64,000 bases of DNA, taken from contig CAWBZI010000004.1 in the NCBI GenBank assembly GCA_963793265.1, positions 480,001 through 544,000 of the forward strand, given 5' to 3'. The first letter of the stretch is position 1, and the number at the start of each line of letters is the position of its first letter. Source of the DNA: an uncultured cyanobacterium (lineage in GTDB: Bacteria > Cyanobacteriota > Cyanobacteriia > Phormidesmidales > Phormidesmidaceae). A program made the position numbers and the translations under genes. Positions 39,352 to 49,929 of this stretch are shown here, piece by piece. The notes under the pieces are model-generated. The model ran no database searches and was not told the origin of the DNA. It was given only the letters and a program-made list of their open reading frames with translations.

Positions 39352-41112
39352 ATGACAGATTTAACTGGTTCGACTGAGCCCTTCCCAAGCACTATTTCTA
39401 CTGAGAATGTTAACGATCCTCGCTATATGCGCCGCTACGACTGGCGAGCGATCGCTAAATACTATCGCTGGCGACCGCTAGGCGTTTTATGGCGAACGCT
39501 GGCTGTTTCTTGGATGCTGGGCTCTTTTGCGCTGGGCCTGCTGAGCGATCGCCTCTTCAACCGTACGGTTGCCAATCAAACAAAAAGAGCCATTCGCCTG
39601 AGGCAAATTCTCACCAAGCTAGGGCCAACCTTTATCAAAGTCGGTCAGGCGCTCTCTACACGCCCCGATCTGATTAAGCCCAGCTTTTTAGACGAGCTGA
39701 TCAAGCTGCAAGATCAGCTACCGCCCTTTTCAGATGCGATCGCCCGTCAAATCATTTACAACGACCTGAATCGCACCCCTGAAGAAATCTACAGCACGTT
39801 CTCAGCTGAACCCGTTGCGGCGGCTAGTTTAGGCCAGGTCTACAAAGCTCGCCTGTACAGCGGCGAAGAAGTCGCTGTTAAAGTGCAGCGGCCCAACCTG
39901 ATGCCGATTATTTGCCGCGACCTTTACATTTTGCGCTGGGCCGCTGGCTGGATTGCGCCCTGGCTACCGTTGAACTTAGGTCACGATCTTTCTTTAATTG
40001 TGGATGAGTTTGGCAGCAAGCTTTTTGAAGAAGTTGATTACATCAACGAAGGTCATAACGCAGAGAGATTTGCCGATAACTTCCAAAACGACCCGATGAT
40101 TAAAGTGCCAACTATCTATTGGCAATACACCAGCGCGCATGTGCTGACGATGGAATGGATCAACGGCTTTAAGCTTACCGACACCGACCGGGTGAAGCAG
40201 GCCGGGCTAGCCAGCAACGATTTAGTCGAAATCGGCGTTTCTTCTGGCCTCAGACAGCTCTTAGAATTTGGCTTCTTTCACGCCGATCCGCATCCTGGCA
40301 ACCTGTTTGCCCTACCCGATGGTCGCATGGCCTACATCGACTTCGGCATGACCGATCAGCTCGATCAGCTCACCAAAGAGACGCTCGTTGACTCAGTTGT
40401 TCACCTAATTAATAAAGACTACGCAGACTTAGCCAACGACTTTGTTAAGCTTGGCTTCCTCACGCCTGACGTAGATGTGCGACCCATCGTTCCTGCTCTA
40501 GAAGCCGTATTCTCAGAGGCGCTTGGTTCGAGCGTTGGCGACTTCAACTTCAAATCCGTGACCGACCAGTTCTCGGAGGTAATGTACGAATATCCATTCC
40601 GAGTCCCTGCCAAGTTCGCGCTGATCATTCGTTCGCTAGTGACCCAGGAAGGGCTTGCGCTTAGCCTAGACCCTAACTTCAAGATTCTTGAGATTGCTTA
40701 CCCCTACGTCGCTAGAAGGCTGCTTACCGCAGAGTCGCCTGCGCTGCGTCGTCGGCTAATCGAAGTGCTCTTTAAAGACGGTCAGCTGCAGTGGCAAAGG
40801 TTAGAGAACCTGCTGATGATTGCCCGCTCTGACGACAGCTTCGATATTATCCCAACTGCTGGCATGGGATTTCAGTTTTTGATGTCGGATGAAGGCAAGT
40901 ACTTGAGGCAGCAGATTTTGCTAGCGCTCACCGAAGACAATCGGTTGCATACCGAAGAAGTGCAGCGACTATGGAGCCTGGTTAAGGACGACCTACAACC
41001 AAATCGTATTATCGGTGCTGCTTGGGATGCGTTCACTGACTTTTCTAAGGAGAGAGCCGTTGCCCTAGTGCCTACAGAGCTAGCAGGCGCTTTTCAAGCG
41101 GTTTCCCGTTAG
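39352..41112 (+). CDS. ABC1/AarF/UbiB-family atypical kinase
   Basis: LGPTFIKVGQ, AAASLGQVY, VAVKVQRP, HADPHPGN, DFG. Confidence 0.94.
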   Translation: MTDLTGSTEPFPSTISTENVNDPRYMRRYDWRAIAKYYRWRPLGVLWRTLAVSWMLGSFALGLLSDRLFNRTVANQTKRAIRLRQILTKLGPTFIKVGQALSTRPDLIKPSFLDELIKLQDQLPPFSDAIARQIIYNDLNRTPEEIYSTFSAEPVAAASLGQVYKARLYSGEEVAVKVQRPNLMPIICRDLYILRWAAGWIAPWLPLNLGHDLSLIVDEFGSKLFEEVDYINEGHNAERFADNFQNDPMIKVPTIYWQYTSAHVLTMEWINGFKLTDTDRVKQAGLASNDLVEIGVSSGLRQLLEFGFFHADPHPGNLFALPDGRMAYIDFGMTDQLDQLTKETLVDSVVHLINKDYADLANDFVKLGFLTPDVDVRPIVPALEAVFSEALGSSVGDFNFKSVTDQFSEVMYEYPFRVPAKFALIIRSLVTQEGLALSLDPNFKILEIAYPYVARRLLTAESPALRRRLIEVLFKDGQLQWQRLENLLMIARSDDSFDIIPTAGMGFQFLMSDEGKYLRQQILLALTEDNRLHTEEVQRLWSLVKDDLQPNRIIGAAWDAFTDFSKERAVALVPTELAGAFQAVSR

Positions 41113-41163
41113 GTTTGGCTGTACAATTGATGTAACAATCATTTACAAAGCAGCGCCGCCTTT

Positions 41164-41532
41164 ATGTACTCTCAACCAACGCCTCCTTATTTCCTGTTAG
41201 CCGCAGGGCTATTCATCGCGATTACCTCTGGTTTTGCATTCTCTTCTGTGCTCAAAGAGACTGTTGGCGACTGGTACAAAAAACGCTCTACTCGCTCTAT
41301 TTCTAAGCTTCAGGGCTTTGACTTACAGCTCCCTTTTGCAGGCATCTGTTTGGGGAGCTGCGTGTTCTTAGCTTCGGGTATGTGTATTTTCGGCTTTAGC
41401 TCTTTGATTGCTTACGGTATGGCGCTGCCGCTGGTAATGCTGAGCGCTGGCTTAGTTTGGTATCAGCTTAGAAAGAACTTGGAGATGCTAGAGAGTGGCA
41501 ACACCCGCGCTTTTGAATTAGACGGGTTCTAA
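41164..41532 (+). CDS. Small hypothetical membrane protein
   Basis: 122 aa, three hydrophobic segments, PPYFL N-terminus. Confidence 0.7.
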   Translation: MYSQPTPPYFLLAAGLFIAITSGFAFSSVLKETVGDWYKKRSTRSISKLQGFDLQLPFAGICLGSCVFLASGMCIFGFSSLIAYGMALPLVMLSAGLVWYQLRKNLEMLESGNTRAFELDGF

Positions 41533-41554
41533 AACGCTGCTATAGTTTTTGCTG

Positions 41555-42460
41555 CTATAGGTTCTCCAGCCGAACAAGCTGCTGCTGAGCGACATTGGCC
41601 CAATCTGAGTTCCCTTGCGAAACGTAGATATTAATAGCTGACTGTAGCTGAGCTTTGGCCTCGTCGTAGCGCTGCAAATCGGCTAGCGCTAAAGCTTGTG
41701 CGTAGTAGGCATGAGCAAAGTTGGGGGCCTGATCGAAGGCAATTTCAAATTCTTGCACTGCTGCTTCTAGCTCGCCTTGCTGGACGAGGGTGACACCAAG
41801 GCCGTAGTGGGCCTGAGCGTAGTTAGGATCTAGCGCGATCGCCTGTTCAAACGCCTGCTGTGCTTGGGCCTGCTGCCCCTGTAGCTGATAGATATTGCCA
41901 ATATGAAAGTGCGGTTCGGGTGCAGCCGGGCTGAATATAACGGCCTGGTTGAATGCTTCAAAAGCGGCAGCTTCGTTGCCTCTTTGTCTTTGCAATAGGC
42001 CGACGTTGTAGTGCGCTAAACCAAGCTGTGGTTCTAGCTCAAGGGCTCGGCTTAAGTAGCTTTCGGCCTGATCGAGGTTTTCGCCTTCCAGTAGCGCTGC
42101 GCCTAAGTTTACGTAGGCCAAAGCGAAGGTTGGATCGGCTTGAGTTGCCTGCCAAAAGGCGCTAGCGGCATCCTGAAGCTGGCTGTTTTGGCGCAGGGCC
42201 AGACCCAGGTTGTAGTAGGCAGGTGCGGAGGACGGATCGAGACTGACTGCGCGCTCGAAAGCTGTGATGGCGGCAGTGATATTACCTTGCCGAATGAGAT
42301 CTATGCCCTCGGTGAGGGCGCTGTCGGCGGCGGCGTTTTGAGCTAGGAGGGTGGCGTTTTGTAGCGGGGCGGCGGGGGTCGCGATCGCTAAAGGCCCTAC
42401 GCTAACGCCCATAGAAGCCAGCAGAATCAAATAAGCTTGATAGCGAGTAAGCCGTTTCAT
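41555..42460 (-). CDS. Exported TPR protein
   Basis: Signal peptide then about 6 TPRs (AYYNLG, AYVNLG, AHYNVG...). Confidence 0.88.
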   Translation of the reverse strand: MKRLTRYQAYLILLASMGVSVGPLAIATPAAPLQNATLLAQNAAADSALTEGIDLIRQGNITAAITAFERAVSLDPSSAPAYYNLGLALRQNSQLQDAASAFWQATQADPTFALAYVNLGAALLEGENLDQAESYLSRALELEPQLGLAHYNVGLLQRQRGNEAAAFEAFNQAVIFSPAAPEPHFHIGNIYQLQGQQAQAQQAFEQAIALDPNYAQAHYGLGVTLVQQGELEAAVQEFEIAFDQAPNFAHAYYAQALALADLQRYDEAKAQLQSAINIYVSQGNSDWANVAQQQLVRLENL

Positions 42461-42559
42461 AGCTCAGTGTGTTCTCAGTGTGTTCCCATCAATTTATCTG
42501 AATAGTTGCCGCCTCTTACTGTGTTTGTGCCAGTTGATACCATCAGCTTGCCAGCCTGA

Positions 42560-44041
42560 TCATTTACTTGCCTTCACGGCTGAAGCCGGTCGAACCTTAG
42601 TCAAACTAGATTTGATAGCTGCTGCCGTCTGAGCTGATTGGATAGGGCTAGCGGTATCGCTTAACAGCCGATGAACTGTTTTGAGTACCTTGTCTCGTAC
42701 AATAGGTTTGCTCAAAAAGCCTGAAGCCCCAACCATTTTGGCATGTACTCGGTCGGCCAGGGTGTTGTTGCTGGTGACAATTACAATCGGAATATCTTTA
42801 AACAGCGATACGCGCCGTACCTGAGAGCAAATTTCATAGCCGTTGGCTACCGGCATGACCAAATCTAGAAAGATAAGCTGCGGCTTATGCTCAATTAGCA
42901 GCGGCAGCGCGTGGGTAGATTCTTGAATGCTGCGGAATCGAAAGCCTGCATCTTGCAAAATATCGCCCATGGCTTTGCTATCTCTGGGGCTGTCGTCTAT
43001 ATAGATAACGAGCGGTGAGCTGCTGGCGACTTTAGAGAGTTTGCGAGGTACTGCCACCATCTTTGGATTAGCAGCCTTTGGATTAGCAGCGGTTCGTGCT
43101 CTAGCCGGACGGCTTGAATCTGGTGCTGATGGGCTTTTTGATGAGATAGATCCGCTATTTTTTGGATGGGTCGTTTGGTTGGGCTTTGGCGATGGTTGCC
43201 TGGCACGCTTTGATTGAGCGGGTGGTGCGATCGCTCCTTTAGACCGTTCTAGTTTGCTTAGCTTACTCGCATTAGCAGCGTCGGCCTCAGCGCCCAAATC
43301 GCTAACGCGAACCAGACCAATGACGCCCTGACGAACGTAGGGAATGATTCTACGCGTTAGCGGTAGCAAGGGCTGGTTGAGCTGAACGGCTAAGTCTCTG
43401 AACGTTTGCTTGCCGTCGATAATGCTAATGAGGTGCTGGTAGACGGCTTCTGAGGTTCGAGTTCTGAGATCCTCAGGCTGGCCAATAACGGGGGCTAGGT
43501 TAGGCGAGCACTTCACTAGCTCGGCCTGCTGCCATGCTTGCCAATCGTATTGGGTTTGCTGCCAGGCTTGTTCGGCTCTAACAATTAAAAATAGGTTGCT
43601 AGCAAACCGCTTATTGACACTAGAAGGCTTAAACTCTGATTTGCCCTGAAGCTTGCGGAGCGTGCCCTGATGAACAATATCAAATAGCACCTCCGATAGG
43701 TAGTCCTCGACGGCTTTTGCCACGTTGATGCGGTTAAGACGGCCCTGACGCACCTGAGCAACTATTTTGGCGTAGTGCAGCTCAGCATACGGAATAACCT
43801 CTATATCGTTTTCTAACTGAGTGACTTCCTTAATCACCTGAGGGCAGTGCTTGATTAGCTGCCGGTGCCACCGCCTGATAGGATGCATCCGCGAATGCGC
43901 CCACACCATCCGTCCCATATGAAAATAAAGTGTCCACTGCGGCGTTTTCCCTGGGCCAATGTAAATAACACCTGTAAATTGACTGCGCTTATGGGTCTGA
44001 AATTCCTCACTGAGTGCTTCAATAATCAACTTATTTTTCAT
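42560..44041 (-). CDS. PatA-family response regulator (PATAN + REC)
   Basis: WTLYFHMGRMVWA..HPIRRW PATAN; C-terminal REC YIDDS, FLDL, SKP. Confidence 0.88.
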   Translation of the reverse strand: MKNKLIIEALSEEFQTHKRSQFTGVIYIGPGKTPQWTLYFHMGRMVWAHSRMHPIRRWHRQLIKHCPQVIKEVTQLENDIEVIPYAELHYAKIVAQVRQGRLNRINVAKAVEDYLSEVLFDIVHQGTLRKLQGKSEFKPSSVNKRFASNLFLIVRAEQAWQQTQYDWQAWQQAELVKCSPNLAPVIGQPEDLRTRTSEAVYQHLISIIDGKQTFRDLAVQLNQPLLPLTRRIIPYVRQGVIGLVRVSDLGAEADAANASKLSKLERSKGAIAPPAQSKRARQPSPKPNQTTHPKNSGSISSKSPSAPDSSRPARARTAANPKAANPKMVAVPRKLSKVASSSPLVIYIDDSPRDSKAMGDILQDAGFRFRSIQESTHALPLLIEHKPQLIFLDLVMPVANGYEICSQVRRVSLFKDIPIVIVTSNNTLADRVHAKMVGASGFLSKPIVRDKVLKTVHRLLSDTASPIQSAQTAAAIKSSLTKVRPASAVKASK

Positions 44042-44342
44042 AGTTCAGTTTTCAATTTGCGCGGAGGCCCAAAGCAACGCTTTGCAAGCGGTACCCAATG
44101 AGTCTTAAGAGAAAGAGGTTTATAGAAGCTTTAACAGTTTGTATATTTAGTCTCAAGTTGCCCGAAAAATCCGACTGCTTAACGGCATGTGTATCGCGCT
44201 TTTATGGAGTGCTTTTAATTGTAGTTTTATCGATGAAATACCGTGTAATTGACGGTTGATGGCGTTTTGCACCAAGAGAAATAGATGTTTCATATTTTCC
44301 TGGGAATTCTCTTAATCAATCACAGTAGCCCTCTATACCGTT

Positions 44343-44993
44343 TTGTTCTCACCCTCTTCTTCTAAAGCTATCGGACTATTTTTAGTAACCTCAGCAGTGG
44401 GAATCACTACAGTGGGTTTAGCTCGCTATAACGCGAAGGCTTCTGAAGCCTTACTTGGCCTTTCTGTTTTAGATAGTGCTGTAGCTAAAAACGAACAGAT
44501 CAGTCAGCAGTACAAGTTCTCAATGGAGATGACTAATCTAGCGTCTCGCTATCGGGCCTTTTCTTTCGAGGTTGTTAGTCAAAATAGTAAAACCAAAGCA
44601 GTTTTGAGCGTACAAAGGCGCAATGGCGAAGCTGCTGTTGAAACGTATGGAAAAGATATAGACGAAGAGACTTTTGTCGCGTTTTGGCAGGCTCTCCGTG
44701 AGTTGGAGGTTGCTCAGCTCACAAACCTATCTCCCTATACTGAAAACTTAGCGCTTCAGCACGAAAGCCAGAAAGAAGATGCCATCAATCGCCCGCCTAG
44801 CAATGTTGTGCCTAACACTGTAAAGTCTGCGGCGACCTATCGCTTTCAGTTCCAAGATGGACGCTACGACTATCCCAACAGTTTTGAGGTGTATGCGCCA
44901 GAGGCGATCGCAGATGCGCGCTACAAGGCACTGCAAGATGTCGCCACGCTGTTTGTAGAAAACGCCTTTGCTGAAGAGCTAGCGAAAGAATAG
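44343..44993 (+). CDS. Hypothetical exported protein
   Basis: 216-aa ORF with N-terminal hydrophobic segment; start uncertain. Confidence 0.65.
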   Translation: MFSPSSSKAIGLFLVTSAVGITTVGLARYNAKASEALLGLSVLDSAVAKNEQISQQYKFSMEMTNLASRYRAFSFEVVSQNSKTKAVLSVQRRNGEAAVETYGKDIDEETFVAFWQALRELEVAQLTNLSPYTENLALQHESQKEDAINRPPSNVVPNTVKSAATYRFQFQDGRYDYPNSFEVYAPEAIADARYKALQDVATLFVENAFAEELAKE

Positions 44994-45033
44994 TATTCAT
45001 ATTTGTGGGGGCGTAGATCTATTCTGTACGTGC

Positions 45034-45759
45034 TCAGGCGCTAACTGGCACGGTCGTTACGCTCGCCAAGTCAGCCGGGTCTAGATTGTGATTCATTACT
45101 TCGCCATCTCGAAACCATACGACGCGGTTAGTTAGTCGAGCAACGTCAGGTTCGTGCGTCACCATCACAACCGTAATGCCGCTAGCGTTTAGCTCAGAGA
45201 AAATATCGATTACATCCTGAGTGGTTTGCGTGTCTAAAGCGCCGGTTGGCTCGTCTGCCAGGATGAGTAAAGGCTGATTGACAATAGCACGGGCGATCGC
45301 AACCCTTTGCTGCTGTCCGCCTGAGAGCTGGTTAGGGCGGTTATTGAGGCGATCGCTTAACCCCACCTGAGAAAGTGCATCGGCAGCGCGCTTACTGCGA
45401 TCGCTACTCGAAACACCTGAGTACATCATCGGCTGCTCTACATTCTCCTGAGCGGTGAGGTGGCTAAGCAGATGAAACTGCTGAAAGACAAAGCCAATCT
45501 TGCGATTGCGGATATGAGCCAGTTCGTTTTCACCTAGCTTAGCCACATCTTGCCCGTCAAATAAATATTCACCGCTCGTCGGCTGATCCAAGCAGCCCAC
45601 CATATTCATCGCCGTGGACTTGCCTGAGCCCGAAGGCCCCATAATCGAGCAGTACTCACCTTTCTCAATGGTCATATTGACATCCCAAAGCGCTCTGACT
45701 TCGGTGTTTCCTGCCCCGTATATTTTAGTGACTTGGTTGAACTGAATTAAGGGCGGCAT
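45034..45759 (-). CDS. MacB/LolD-type ABC ATP-binding protein
   Basis: GPSGSGKS, IGFVFQQFHL, LSGGQQQR, ADEPTGALD. Confidence 0.93.
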   Translation of the reverse strand: MPPLIQFNQVTKIYGAGNTEVRALWDVNMTIEKGEYCSIMGPSGSGKSTAMNMVGCLDQPTSGEYLFDGQDVAKLGENELAHIRNRKIGFVFQQFHLLSHLTAQENVEQPMMYSGVSSSDRSKRAADALSQVGLSDRLNNRPNQLSGGQQQRVAIARAIVNQPLLILADEPTGALDTQTTQDVIDIFSELNASGITVVMVTHEPDVARLTNRVVWFRDGEVMNHNLDPADLASVTTVPVSA

Positions 45760-45819
45760 GAGGGTTGATCGGTTTTGCTAAAGGCTAGATTGCTAAAGGC
45801 TACAGCGAGAGGGCGATAA

Positions 45820-47040
45820 CTAGGCGCTCCGTAGGGCCACAATCGGATCTAGCCTAGCGGCTTGTCGGGCGGGTACCACGCCAAAGAAAAGGCCAATTGT
45901 GCCAGAGACACCTACTGCAACTATCACCGCACTCACTGAAACGCCCGCTTCAAACGGAGAGAACGCCGCAATTAAAAAGATACCGCTCACACCTAAGCCC
46001 GTGCCGACTAAGCCCCCAATCGCAGAGAGAATCACCGCTTCGATTAGAAACTGCGAGAGAATGTCTTTTTGAGTTGCGCCAATCGCTTTACGCAGACCGA
46101 TTTCTTGAGTGCGTTCGCGGACGGAGACAAGCATGATGTTCATGATGCCGATACCGCCGACAAAAAGAGAGATAGAGGCGATCGCAGCTAGCATCAGCGT
46201 TAGTGCGCCTGTGACCGTATCAGCAATATTCAGCAGCGTTTCTTGGCTCGAAATATAAAAGTCATCACTTTCTGTTATGCCATGGCGCAGCCTGAGCAAG
46301 TTCGTAATTTGAAACTCGGCAGTCTCCATGGCTTCTGGATCGTTAGCAGATACCGAGATAAAAGTAACGTCAACCCCGTAAGGAGACGTACGGCCTACAA
46401 TGCGGCTAGCTAGTGTCGTAATTGGAATCATTACCGCATCATCGTAATCAAGCCCTAAGTTAGAGCCTTTTTTCTCTAATAAACCAACAACTTCAAAGGA
46501 AATGCCCTTAATTCGGATTTGTTTACCTAAAGGACTTTCGCTATCAAACAAACGCTCGGACAGCGTGCTGCCAATCACGGCAACAAGACTGTTTGAGCGC
46601 TGATCGAGATCGGTCAAAAATCGACCCTGGGCAACTTCAAAGCTACGAACCGAAAGAAAGCCTTCGGTGGTGCCGATAATACTGCTGCTGCTGTTACGGC
46701 TGCGATAGCTGATGATGCCCTGGGTATTTTTTTCGGCAGCGACCGCCGCTACAGAAGGCACTTGAGAGGCGATCGCCTGGGCATCTTCAACCACCAAATT
46801 ACGCGGCACATCAATATCACCCAGGTTTCGGGCTTCGCGATTACCCGGTACAATAAACAGCACGTTTGGCCCCAGGCTCTGAAGCTGTCCGCTGACGTAT
46901 TTTTGGGCACCTTCGCCAATGCCAATCATTGCAATGACTGAAGCATTTCCAATGATGATGCCAAGCATGGTGAGCGAGCTACGCAGCTTGTTAGCGCTGA
47001 GCGTTTTAGTCGCCATTTTTAAGCTTTCAGTGAAGTCCAT
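45820..47040 (-). CDS. MacB/FtsX-type ABC permease
   Basis: RSSLTMLGIIIG, GIGIMNIMLVSVRERTQEIGLRKAIGA. Confidence 0.93.
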   Translation of the reverse strand: MDFTESLKMATKTLSANKLRSSLTMLGIIIGNASVIAMIGIGEGAQKYVSGQLQSLGPNVLFIVPGNREARNLGDIDVPRNLVVEDAQAIASQVPSVAAVAAEKNTQGIISYRSRNSSSSIIGTTEGFLSVRSFEVAQGRFLTDLDQRSNSLVAVIGSTLSERLFDSESPLGKQIRIKGISFEVVGLLEKKGSNLGLDYDDAVMIPITTLASRIVGRTSPYGVDVTFISVSANDPEAMETAEFQITNLLRLRHGITESDDFYISSQETLLNIADTVTGALTLMLAAIASISLFVGGIGIMNIMLVSVRERTQEIGLRKAIGATQKDILSQFLIEAVILSAIGGLVGTGLGVSGIFLIAAFSPFEAGVSVSAVIVAVGVSGTIGLFFGVVPARQAARLDPIVALRSA

Positions 47041-47317
47041 AAGGTGCCATAGGAAGATGGCCAGTCATCTGCCAGCCGTGGATTTTAAATCAGTATTCAT
47101 AGCGTAGCGAAATTTCGCAGGTGACGGCGCTCACAAAGTTCTGATAGGCGAAGATGGCCTAGTGATGATTCTTTGTGTATTACCTATCTAAAGATGTTGA
47201 TGTTATCTCTTGAGTCGCTGTATGCTCTCCAAAAGTAGGTGCGTTTCGCGCAATTCCAATCACGCTTTTGAGCAAATCAAAGCCGCTGTATAAAAACAAA
47301 CTCTTGCCCCCGTATCA

Positions 47318-47785
47318 ATGTTTAAATTCAACAAAACAGCCGTCAGGGTAGTTGTTGCTGCCTGTTTAGCTGTTCCTTTTCTAATAACTGAAATTTCTAA
47401 AGGTTTAGAACCCTATCCAGCCGTTTTACAGCCATCCGGTGCCTACACTGTTTCAACGGCTGACAACATATTGACCTTTAAAAAAATGCAGCTTATCGCA
47501 CGCGATCTGGAGGGTTCTGAGCTAGTCGTTGACACAGACGCTTTTATGGGCACGATTCCTCATCACTTTTGGACGAGAATTGCAGGTGCCCGCTTTGGCC
47601 TATCGCGTGAAGCCTCTGACTCTAAACAGGAAACGCTCAACTGGATTCAAGCTCGGCTCTTAGATCAAGGCATTGATCGAGCGAGTACTTTAGTGGTGAG
47701 ATATATCGCGCTCTCTTTTGATGTCAACTCAGGTAAGGAAATCCATCGAGAAGTAACCAAGCAAATAGATGTTGACCTCCTTTAG
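47318..47785 (+). CDS. Small membrane-anchored hypothetical protein (SdpA-like position)
   Basis: 155 aa, N-terminal TM then EPYP; overlaps next gene by 17 nt. Confidence 0.65.
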   Translation: MFKFNKTAVRVVVAACLAVPFLITEISKGLEPYPAVLQPSGAYTVSTADNILTFKKMQLIARDLEGSELVVDTDAFMGTIPHHFWTRIAGARFGLSREASDSKQETLNWIQARLLDQGIDRASTLVVRYIALSFDVNSGKEIHREVTKQIDVDLL

Positions 47786-49007
47786 GCGATCGCTTACACG
47801 CTCACTCAAACATTTGGGCCAATCCTTAAATACGATTGATACCAAACTCCGGGTGGTAGGACAGGTAGATTTAGCCTCGCTTTGTTACTTCAGAATTGTA
47901 TTTGGCCTGTTCACTATTCTATTTTTTTGGCAGCGATATATCTGGATAGGAACAGTGCCCCAATCCTTTTTTGAGCCGCCTACTTTTAGCCTAACAGCGC
48001 TGTTTAGCGGCTTTCCGCCTGCCGTTTTCTTTCAGATTATAGACATCGCTACCGGACTTTGTACGCTAACTGTGATGGTGGGCTTAGCTACTCGCGCTTC
48101 GACCGTTTTGTTACTGCTTTTGGTACTGGTGGGCAACAGCTTTTACTTCTCTTTGGGTTTTATCAACCACGAGATTCTGTATCTGTGCGTTTTGATAACA
48201 ATGTGCTTTCAGGACTGGGGGGCGCTGTATTCGGTCGATGCGCTGCTGAGGAAGAGAACATCAATAGAATCAACACGAATAGAAGAAGTAGCCTTAAGGA
48301 AATCGCCGCTAAATCGAGAAAACACTGAAAAATCGGCAAATTTGTGGCTTCTGGTTGTTTTCATCACGTTTGGCTTTTTTACTGCCGGATTTGGCAAGGC
48401 GTTTAGCTGGGTAGATTTTGATCTGACGACTAGCGGTTTTTTGAGCTGGTTTTATAGAGGCTATTTCAATCTGGGCCGAGATCAGTTCTTAGCGCCGCTG
48501 GTATTTAAGATAAACGTACCGCTGATATGGGAGCTGTTGGATTTGTCAGCGGTGGTATTTGAGCTGGGATTTTTGCTGGCAGTATTCTCGCGCAAGCGCT
48601 GGTATGGCTGGCTAACGCTCGCCTGCTTCTTTCACCTGATGAACTGCCTGCTTCTGAATATTTCATTCACTGCTAATGCCGTGGCCTATCTCGCCTTTGT
48701 GCCGTGGCATCAGTTTGCTGTTTTGCAGCAGGTATCTCGCAAACGGCTTAAGCGGGGTCTGGCCGCGCTATGTGCGTTTGGCGTGATGGCCTTTACTGTA
48801 CGGCTCTCATTTGCTGAAAGTGCAGGTATTTTGTCTTACTTAGTCGAACAGATGGGGGGCGATCGCCTGTGGGTAACGCTTGGCATCTGGCTAGGCTCGC
48901 TACTAATATTTCTATCGAGCTTTGGCTATTTTGTGAAACCGCAGCAGGCTTCTGTAGAAGCGTTAGCGCGAAGCAAAAAAAGAGAAGACGCTGTTGTTAG
49001 CCGGTAA
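47769..49007 (+). CDS. HTTM-domain membrane protein (vitamin K-dependent carboxylase/SdpB-like)
   Basis: SLCYFRIVFG, YSVDALL, AGFGK, FELGF, FFHLMN. Confidence 0.75.
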   Translation: MLTSFRRSLTRSLKHLGQSLNTIDTKLRVVGQVDLASLCYFRIVFGLFTILFFWQRYIWIGTVPQSFFEPPTFSLTALFSGFPPAVFFQIIDIATGLCTLTVMVGLATRASTVLLLLLVLVGNSFYFSLGFINHEILYLCVLITMCFQDWGALYSVDALLRKRTSIESTRIEEVALRKSPLNRENTEKSANLWLLVVFITFGFFTAGFGKAFSWVDFDLTTSGFLSWFYRGYFNLGRDQFLAPLVFKINVPLIWELLDLSAVVFELGFLLAVFSRKRWYGWLTLACFFHLMNCLLLNISFTANAVAYLAFVPWHQFAVLQQVSRKRLKRGLAALCAFGVMAFTVRLSFAESAGILSYLVEQMGGDRLWVTLGIWLGSLLIFLSSFGYFVKPQQASVEALARSKKREDAVVSR

Positions 49008-49929
49008 AGCCGCTTACCTGCCTTAAGACCTCCATCGGCCCGACAGACTTCAATTTAGCCAATCGCTCTGTATCTTTTACAAAAAGCGATCCGACGAACC
49101 CCAAGGCATTGATTGATATATCAGCATATTTTTCTTGACTGCGAGGAACAACCATCATCCACTTTTTAGTGCACAGAAAGTTGTATGCACCCGTCTGTTT
49201 ATCTTTCCACTGCTCTGTACTGATGATGCCGATAGCAGTAAGCAACTGATGGTAGCTAGCTAAGTATTGTTGAGCTGTTTCTTGCTCGGAATAGTCGCTT
49301 GCAAACAGCGTCTCTAAGCCGATTATGGCGTGCTGAAAGTTTAAGAGAGGAGACTTTAGGGCGGTGTTTTTTGTTGAGGTGTCTTTTGGCGAGGTGTGGC
49401 TTGATTGAACGGTTTGTGCGATCGCCGCTTCCATCGGAAAAGCTACCAACTCTTCTGAATAAGGCACCACCTGCAAATGCTTGTGCGGCTGACTGGCCCC
49501 TGCAACCGTACCGCCATTGAAAAACGCGAGCCCGTCCACCTCACCCAGGCAGCGCACTAACGCCTCAAAATCTGGCAGCGTCAGCCAGCTTTCCTGCGGC
49601 TCAAACTCGCGGGTCACAAGCAAAAAGTGCAAATCGACCACGTTAAACTTGTTGAGCAAGCACAAATGCGTCTTTGAAATATCGGTGACGTACAGGTCTT
49701 CTTCGTAAGGCAAAAAAGGATTTGCAGGCGCTGTCAGTCCCTGCTGCTTCAGCGCTTTCTCCTTACGCGAAAGATTCGCTAAAATTCGGACGACGAACTG
49801 AATATTGCCTGCCGGTAGATAAGCCACCTCAGTTTTTATTGGCTGCAAGGCACCAACGCTCAGACCATGCTCGCGCTGGGCGATTAGCCTGGAATAGAGC
49901 GTGCTAGATTGCCAGGGAATGCGGCTCAT
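48997..49929 (-). CDS. ATP adenylyltransferase / Ap4A phosphorylase
   Basis: NPFLPYE, LNKF, FFN, GASQPHKHLQ, NALGFVG; ATG overlaps aroC stop (TAATG). Confidence 0.88.
   Translation of the reverse strand: MSRIPWQSSTLYSRLIAQREHGLSVGALQPIKTEVAYLPAGNIQFVVRILANLSRKEKALKQQGLTAPANPFLPYEEDLYVTDISKTHLCLLNKFNVVDLHFLLVTREFEPQESWLTLPDFEALVRCLGEVDGLAFFNGGTVAGASQPHKHLQVVPYSEELVAFPMEAAIAQTVQSSHTSPKDTSTKNTALKSPLLNFQHAIIGLETLFASDYSEQETAQQYLASYHQLLTAIGIISTEQWKDKQTGAYNFLCTKKWMMVVPRSQEKYADISINALGFVGSLFVKDTERLAKLKSVGPMEVLRQVSGFTG

Noticed and set aside
41131..41147. NtcA site TGTAACAATCATTTACA
   Set aside because: GTA-N9-TAC spacing is one base too long
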